DNA of 64,000 nucleotides, taken from assembly GCA_046754465.1 (NCBI GenBank), contig JBHHVU010000003.1:1-64000 (forward strand), written 5' to 3'. Below are positions 58,722-64,000 of this stretch, one piece after another. The first letter of the stretch is position 1, and each line of letters opens with the position of its first letter. Under the pieces are notes generated by a model. It was not told where the DNA came from. It did not search any database and worked only from the letters and a program-made list of their open reading frames with translations. The stretch comes from Nitrospinaceae bacterium (GTDB lineage: Bacteria; Nitrospinota; Nitrospinia; Nitrospinales; VA-1). The position numbers and the translations under genes are program-made.

Positions 58722-58980
58722 CCGGCGGTTCTCCTCCCAGGTTTACCTCCTTTCTATTTCGTTCATAAAACCTTCTCCCCCCACGCATAATTCCCCTCTC
58801 CTTCAGCCTGACGCTCCAAGCCGGAAAACGGCCCGCCTGACTCCAGGCAAAAAGATCACCGCCTCCCCAATCCACGAGACGCGCGCACCTATTTTCAGGA
58901 TGGAAAAAGAATTTTTCTACGGGTTAACCAACGGATTTCCCCAACCCGCGCCGGGGGAAAACAACGGAGAAAGGAAAGGA

Positions 58981-59217
58981 TTATTTGGAGTCCATGGAGG
59001 TGGCCGGAGAGGGAAGCGTTAAAAGAAATGTGTTGAGTTTATCGATCAACACATTCACATCCATCCCGTGCATCAGGGCTCCGTTTTCCAGCGTGTCAAA
59101 ATTCACCGCGAAGCAACTGCCGCAACTCATGTTGAGGTCGGTGAAAAACTTCACCGCTCCGGGATAGGCGCTGATAATTTCATTGATGGTGGTATCTTTT
59201 CCGATGATCATAATCAA
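58981..59217 (-). CDS. DUF1858-domain small protein
   Basis: IGKDTTINEII..YP....F...CGSC....DTLE.GA.MHGMD...LI..LN. Confidence 0.85.
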   Translation of the reverse strand: MIMIIGKDTTINEIISAYPGAVKFFTDLNMSCGSCFAVNFDTLENGALMHGMDVNVLIDKLNTFLLTLPSPATSMDSK

Positions 59218-59302
59218 GACCCCCCCAAAATGACTTGCCCCTGCTGACTTGGTATGTTAGCATTTTGGTTTTCTTGAAACAATTTTTTTTACGGAGAGTT
59301 TC

Positions 59303-59494
59303 ATGGCAAAGAGGTGTGAGATTTGCGATAAAGGCCCCATGTTCGGCAATAATGTGAGCCACGCCAACAACACGACAAGACGGCGCTGGAACCCAAACTT
59401 GAAGAAACTGCGGGTGATTTACGAGGGCGCGATCCGAACGATGAAGGTGTGTACCCGGTGCCTGAAGAGCGGAAAAGCCGTGAAGGCGTGCTGA
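59303..59494 (+). CDS. rpmB: 50S ribosomal protein L28
   Basis: MAKRCEICDK..GNNVSHA...RRRWNPNL...CTRCLKS. Confidence 0.97.
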   Translation: MAKRCEICDKGPMFGNNVSHANNTTRRRWNPNLKKLRVIYEGAIRTMKVCTRCLKSGKAVKAC

Positions 59495-59495
59495 A

Positions 59496-61760
59496 TTAAT
59501 TGACGAAAATCTCCGCGTCCTCGGGGCGGCCTGCGTTCTCACCCATCCCCGGGACCTTGGGCCGAACCGGCCTTTTTTTCTTGTTGTATTCCTTGACCCT
59601 TTCCAAATAAATCACTCCATCCACTTCCCGAACTTTTTCCAGGGTCCGGTTCAGTTGCGCGAGATCCTGAATCTCAATGGATAGATCGAAATAGGCCCTT
59701 TTATGGGGTCCCTGCTGCACATTGGCCCGGATGATATTGATATCACAATCGGCGAAAACACTGCTGATATTGGCCAGGAGCCCCGGTTTGTCCTCGGTCA
59801 CTATGGAGATCCGCGTCGGGTAGCTGGTTTTCTGTCCGGAACCCCACTCCACCTCCACCAGACGTTCCGCTTCGTCGCTAAAGCCGCTGACACTAGGGCA
59901 ATCGATATGATGCACCGTCACCCCCCGTCCTCGAGTAATGTATCCCAGGATAGGTTCCCCAGGGACGGGATTGCAGCATTTGCCGACGCGTAGCAAGATG
60001 TCATCGTTAAAACATTTTACCTTGATGGCGCTCTCACGCGATTTTGGGGGGGACTTTTCTTTCAGTTTGATCCGGGCGCTCTCTTCTTTATCCCGCTTTT
60101 CGGCCAACTTTTCCCGGGGCAGGAGTTTTTCCACCACATGGTTGATGGAAACTTTTCCGATCCCGATCCCGGCAAGGAGGCTGTCCAACGAACTGTACCC
60201 GCAGGCATGGATGGCCTCCTCCAGTTTTTTTCCTTTCAGGACCACGGACGGGGACAATTCATAACGCCGGATTTCCTTCTCCAGCAACTCTTTCCCCAGA
60301 CCGAGGCCGCGGGCTCGTTCGCGGCTGTTGATATAATTTGCGATTCGGTTCCGGGCACGCGAAGTTTTCACAAAGGACAGCCAGTCACGGCTGGGATGTT
60401 TTTGTTTGGAGGTGATGATCTCGACCTGGTTGCCGTTTTTCAGCTTGTACCGCAGGGGAACGATCTTGCCGTCGACCTTGGCGGTCAGGCAGTGGTTCCC
60501 GATGTCGGTATGCACGGCGTAGGCGAAATCCACCGGGGTCGACCCGTACGGAAGTGAGATCACATCCCCCTCGGGCGTGAACACATACACTTCCTGAGGA
60601 AACAGGTTTATCTTGAAAGCATTCAGGAATTCCCTGGGACTTTTGAGGTCTTTCTGGCTTTCCAGAAGGTGGCGCACCCAGATCAGTTGATGATCGACCG
60701 GCTTGGTCTTTTTATCGCCCTTTTCCTTGTATTGCCAGTGAGCAGCGATACCCTCCTCGCAAACGCGGTGCATCTCCCGGGTGCGAATCTGAACTTCCAC
60801 CCGTTCCCCCTTGGGCCCGATGACGGTGGTATGAAGGGACTGGTACAAATTGGGCTTGGGCATGGCCACGTAGTCCTTGAACCGCCCGGGAATCGGCTTC
60901 CATAAAGAATGGATCAAGCCCAAAATGGCATAGCAATCCTTCACCGTTTCGGTCAACACCCGGACTCCGACGAGGTCGTAGACATCCTCGAAGTTGATGT
61001 TCTGTTCCATCATTTTTTTATAAATACTGTAATAATGTTTGGGCCGGCCGACGACCGTTCCGGAAATGTCCGCGGCCTTGACTTCCCGATCGATGGTTTC
61101 GCAGACGTGGGCGACGAATTTGCTCCGTTGTTCCTGGCAGTGGGACACCTTTTCTCTGATGAACCGGTAGTCTTCGGGATAAAGATACTGAAAGGCCCCG
61201 TTTTCGAGTTCCGTCTTGAGCCATCCTATCCCCAGCCGGTTGGCGATGGGAGCGTAAATTTCCATGGTTTCGCGGGCAATCCGGCGTTGACTCTCCTCGG
61301 AAAGCGACTCCAGGGTCTTCACGTTGTGCGCCCGGTCGGCCAGCTTGATCAGCACGACCCGAATATCGCGGGCCATGGCCAGGATCATTTTTCGGTAATT
61401 TTCCGCCTGGGTTTCCTCCCGGCTCGAAAATTCCATCTTGCTGATCTTGGTCACCCCGTCCACCAGCTGACAGACTTCCTCTCCAAATAATTCCTGGATT
61501 TCCTCGGGGGTGGCCAGGGTGTCTTCGATGGTATCGTGAAGAAGGCCCGCGGCCAGGGTCTTCTCGTCCATTTTCAAGAGGGTCAGGTTAAAAGCCACTT
61601 CCACGGGGTGGGAGATGTACGCCTCCCCCGAACACCGGCTTTGGCCCCTATGGGCCTTGGCGGAATACACATAGGCATCCAGCACAATGTCCACGTCTGC
61701 ACCGGGATGATATTTCAGCAGGGCATCGGTAATATCCTGAATTTTATGCATACCTGTCAA
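59496..61760 (-). CDS. spoT: Bifunctional (p)ppGpp synthetase/hydrolase
   Basis: HD domain LHDTIED, KLADR; synthetase GRPKH, YQSLHT, EVQIRT; TGS, CC and ACT domains. Confidence 0.96.
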   Translation of the reverse strand: MTGMHKIQDITDALLKYHPGADVDIVLDAYVYSAKAHRGQSRCSGEAYISHPVEVAFNLTLLKMDEKTLAAGLLHDTIEDTLATPEEIQELFGEEVCQLVDGVTKISKMEFSSREETQAENYRKMILAMARDIRVVLIKLADRAHNVKTLESLSEESQRRIARETMEIYAPIANRLGIGWLKTELENGAFQYLYPEDYRFIREKVSHCQEQRSKFVAHVCETIDREVKAADISGTVVGRPKHYYSIYKKMMEQNINFEDVYDLVGVRVLTETVKDCYAILGLIHSLWKPIPGRFKDYVAMPKPNLYQSLHTTVIGPKGERVEVQIRTREMHRVCEEGIAAHWQYKEKGDKKTKPVDHQLIWVRHLLESQKDLKSPREFLNAFKINLFPQEVYVFTPEGDVISLPYGSTPVDFAYAVHTDIGNHCLTAKVDGKIVPLRYKLKNGNQVEIITSKQKHPSRDWLSFVKTSRARNRIANYINSRERARGLGLGKELLEKEIRRYELSPSVVLKGKKLEEAIHACGYSSLDSLLAGIGIGKVSINHVVEKLLPREKLAEKRDKEESARIKLKEKSPPKSRESAIKVKCFNDDILLRVGKCCNPVPGEPILGYITRGRGVTVHHIDCPSVSGFSDEAERLVEVEWGSGQKTSYPTRISIVTEDKPGLLANISSVFADCDINIIRANVQQGPHKRAYFDLSIEIQDLAQLNRTLEKVREVDGVIYLERVKEYNKKKRPVRPKVPGMGENAGRPEDAEIFVN

Positions 61761-61854
61761 ACTGCCACGCTCGCTTTCTTCGGGGTGTCCCTGGGAAAAA
61801 TTTTTTCCAATTTGTCGCTATGGGTTTTACGTAGGTATAGTCTACCTCAGAGTA

Positions 61855-61884
61855 AGAATACTTCTCCTTCGCCTTCCATGTCAA
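61855..61884 (-). promoter_or_regulatory. sigma70 promoter of relA/spoT
   Basis: Minus strand TTGACA-N18-TATTCT. Confidence 0.55.
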
Positions 61885-62141
61885 CTTTCTTTCTCCCGTG
61901 ATTGCGGCGGTTTAACCAATGATGTACCGTGAAACCCGGGAACCGGGTTTTCGTTCCCGCTCCCGTTGGAAAATCGGCCCCAACCGTTGGCGTCCCGTGC
62001 CGGGCTTTCCGCGTCCGATTTCATGTTTGATAATGACCCGTTTCTTAGTAGGATAACCCCGGTCTTGAGGACCGGGATGGCGAGGCGGATCCTCGATTCC
62101 CATGGGCCGGGCCATCACTCCCAATCTTAACATCCAATTCC

Positions 62142-64000
62142 ATGACCGACCGTTCCAGGAACAAACCCTCGTTGAGCGATCCCCTTCAATACATCAAGGG
62201 AGTGGGACCGAAACGGGCACTCCTTCTCGAAAAACTGGGAATCAGGGATATCGAGGATTGCCTGTATTTTCTCCCCTTCCGTTACGAAGACCGCAGCCGG
62301 GTCAAAAAAATCGCCGAACTGACGCGCGGGGAACAGGTCACCTTTTCCGGCAAAATCGCCGACGCGGGAACTATCCGCATCGGCCGCCGGAAAGAAATCT
62401 TTGAGATCGTTATCCAGGACGGTACGGGAACGATTCGGGCCAAGTGGTTCCAGTTCAATAAACGTTACATGCTGGACCGGTTCCAAACCGGCTCCCTCTG
62501 GATCTTTTCCGGTAAGCCGGATGTGAGCCGCTACGGCGGATCAGGACTGGAACTGGTGCATCCGGATTCCGAACCGGCTACGGGGGAAGGGGATGTCTCC
62601 CTGGAAATGGGCCGCATCCTGCCCGTTTATCACACCACGGAAGGATTGCATTTGAAATCCCTGCGAGTCATCCTTAAAAACGTGGTGGACCGCTACGCGG
62701 ACCTGGCGGAGGAAATTCTGCCGGAGGAAATCGTCCGGCGTCACAGGTTTCCTTCCCGCTCCCAATCCCTTCAATGGACTCACTTCCCGCCCGCGGACGC
62801 ATCCTTTCCAGACCTCAACCGGTTCCACACCCCGGCGCAAAAACGGATCATTTTCGAGGAACTGTTCCTCATCCAGCTGGGCCTAGCTTTCAAGAGAAAG
62901 CACGCCGATCAAACGGTCCGGGGACGGGGCTTCAAAACCCGTGGGTCCCTGATCCGGAAGTTTATCAAACTCCTGAAATTCCAATTGACCCAGGCGCAAA
63001 TCCGGGTATTGGGAGAGATCATGGACGACCTGGAACAGGACCGGCCAATGAACCGGTTGATCCAGGGGGACGTGGGAAGCGGCAAGACAGTGATCGCGTT
63101 GATCTGCCTGCTCACCGCCGTGGAAAACGGCGCCCAGGGCGTCTTCATGGTACCCACGGAAATCCTCGCCGAACAACATTTCCTGAACATTCAACCCTAT
63201 TGTGAATCCCTGGGGCTCCACCTGGAACTCGTCACCAGCGCGGCCAGCGCTAAGGAAAAGAAATCCATCCAGAAAAAGGTCGAGGAAGGAACCACCCATA
63301 TCGCCATCGGGACCCACGCGTTGATTCAAAAAACTTTGCAATTCCACAATCTCGGCTTGGCGGTCATCGACGAACAGCACCGGTTCGGCGTCCTGCAGCG
63401 GGAAGCGATCGGGAAAAAGGGATGGCATCCCCATATCCTGATCATGACGGCGACCCCCATTCCCCGGTCGCTCGCGCTCACCCTTTACGGGGAAATGGAT
63501 GTCTCCCTTCTGGATGAGTTTCCTCCCGGAAGGCAACCCATCACCACCTGTCTCTTTTACGAATCCACCCGCGACCAGGCCTATGACATTTTGCGGAAAG
63601 AAATGGACCAGGGCCGTCAGGCCTACGTGGTCTGTCCCCTGATCGAGGAATCGGAGACCCTGGAATTGAAAACGGCCATGGAGGTCCACGACGATCTGCG
63701 AAACCGGAGATTCCCCGGCCAGAACATCGGCCTGATCCACGGCAAAATGAAAAAAGAGGAACGGCGCAAAATCATGGCGGAGTTTCTGAAGGGAAAAATC
63801 CACGTCCTAGTGGCCACCACCGTGATCGAGGTGGGCATCGACGTGCCCAACGCCACCCTGGTGATCATCGAGCACGCGGAACGGTTCGGGCTTTCCCAGC
63901 TCCACCAGCTTCGGGGCCGGGTGGGACGGGGAAAACACCCCTCCCAATGCCTTTTGATCGCCTACCACCCCCTTTCCGACGAGGCCCAGGCCCGGCTCGA
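62142..64000 (+). CDS. recG: ATP-dependent DNA helicase RecG (3' end beyond the window)
   Basis: Translated by hand from ATG 62142: IKGVGPKR, PFRYEDR, QGDVGSGKT, DEQHRFG, MTATPIPR, QLHQLRGRVGRG. Missing from the ORF track because it has no stop in the window. Confidence 0.97.
   Translation, partial: MTDRSRNKPSLSDPLQYIKGVGPKRALLLEKLGIRDIEDCLYFLPFRYEDRSRVKKIAELTRGEQVTFSGKIADAGTIRIGRRKEIFEIVIQDGTGTIRAKWFQFNKRYMLDRFQTGSLWIFSGKPDVSRYGGSGLELVHPDSEPATGEGDVSLEMGRILPVYHTTEGLHLKSLRVILKNVVDRYADLAEEILPEEIVRRHRFPSRSQSLQWTHFPPADASFPDLNRFHTPAQKRIIFEELFLIQLGLAFKRKHADQTVRGRGFKTRGSLIRKFIKLLKFQLTQAQIRVLGEIMDDLEQDRPMNRLIQGDVGSGKTVIALICLLTAVENGAQGVFMVPTEILAEQHFLNIQPYCESLGLHLELVTSAASAKEKKSIQKKVEEGTTHIAIGTHALIQKTLQFHNLGLAVIDEQHRFGVLQREAIGKKGWHPHILIMTATPIPRSLALTLYGEMDVSLLDEFPPGRQPITTCLFYESTRDQAYDILRKEMDQGRQAYVVCPLIEESETLELKTAMEVHDDLRNRRFPGQNIGLIHGKMKKEERRKIMAEFLKGKIHVLVATTVIEVGIDVPNATLVIIEHAERFGLSQLHQLRGRVGRGKHPSQCLLIAYHPLSDEAQARL

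Noticed and set aside
1..64000. tRNA, rRNA, IS elements, integrases, prophage genes
   Set aside because: None recognised by eye; T-loop-like GTTCGA matches fall inside coding regions. A tRNAscan/Infernal run would be the definitive check.

Overview
This is a mostly housekeeping bacterial chromosome segment, most consistent with a Nitrospina-like (Nitrospinota) nitrite oxidiser. That assignment is inferred from gene content and from a Tat-signal N-terminus at the left edge (MRLNRRKFLQVSAGVAT) that I recall as Nitrospina NxrA; no database search was run. Core genes include aspS, rnpB, yajC-secD-secF, yebC-ruvC-ruvA-ruvB, ppiC, ctpA, an A-adding-type tRNA nucleotidyltransferase, mrp, flgM, rpmB, relA/spoT and a partial recG. 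Accessory genes include two B12-dependent radical SAM enzymes, several TPR and LRR proteins, a degenerate SBBP/PKD/HYR surface-protein gene and a small AT-rich AbiJ + DUF2281/PemK islet with two homopolymer frameshifts. There is also a copper locus (small Cys/Pro-rich leader ORF, multicopper oxidase, TolC), a soluble fumarate-reductase-like pair and a UshA-like/tetraheme cytochrome fusion. The best candidates for undescribed biology are (i) the repeat- and GGA-hairpin-rich leader of the putative nxrA with its upstream HExxH/CxxC gene, (ii) a CutF/CruR-like leader peptide ahead of the copper oxidase, and (iii) an orphan, apparently leaderless RiPP-type radical SAM methyltransferase with no adjacent precursor. 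I saw no tRNA, rRNA, CRISPR array or transposase.
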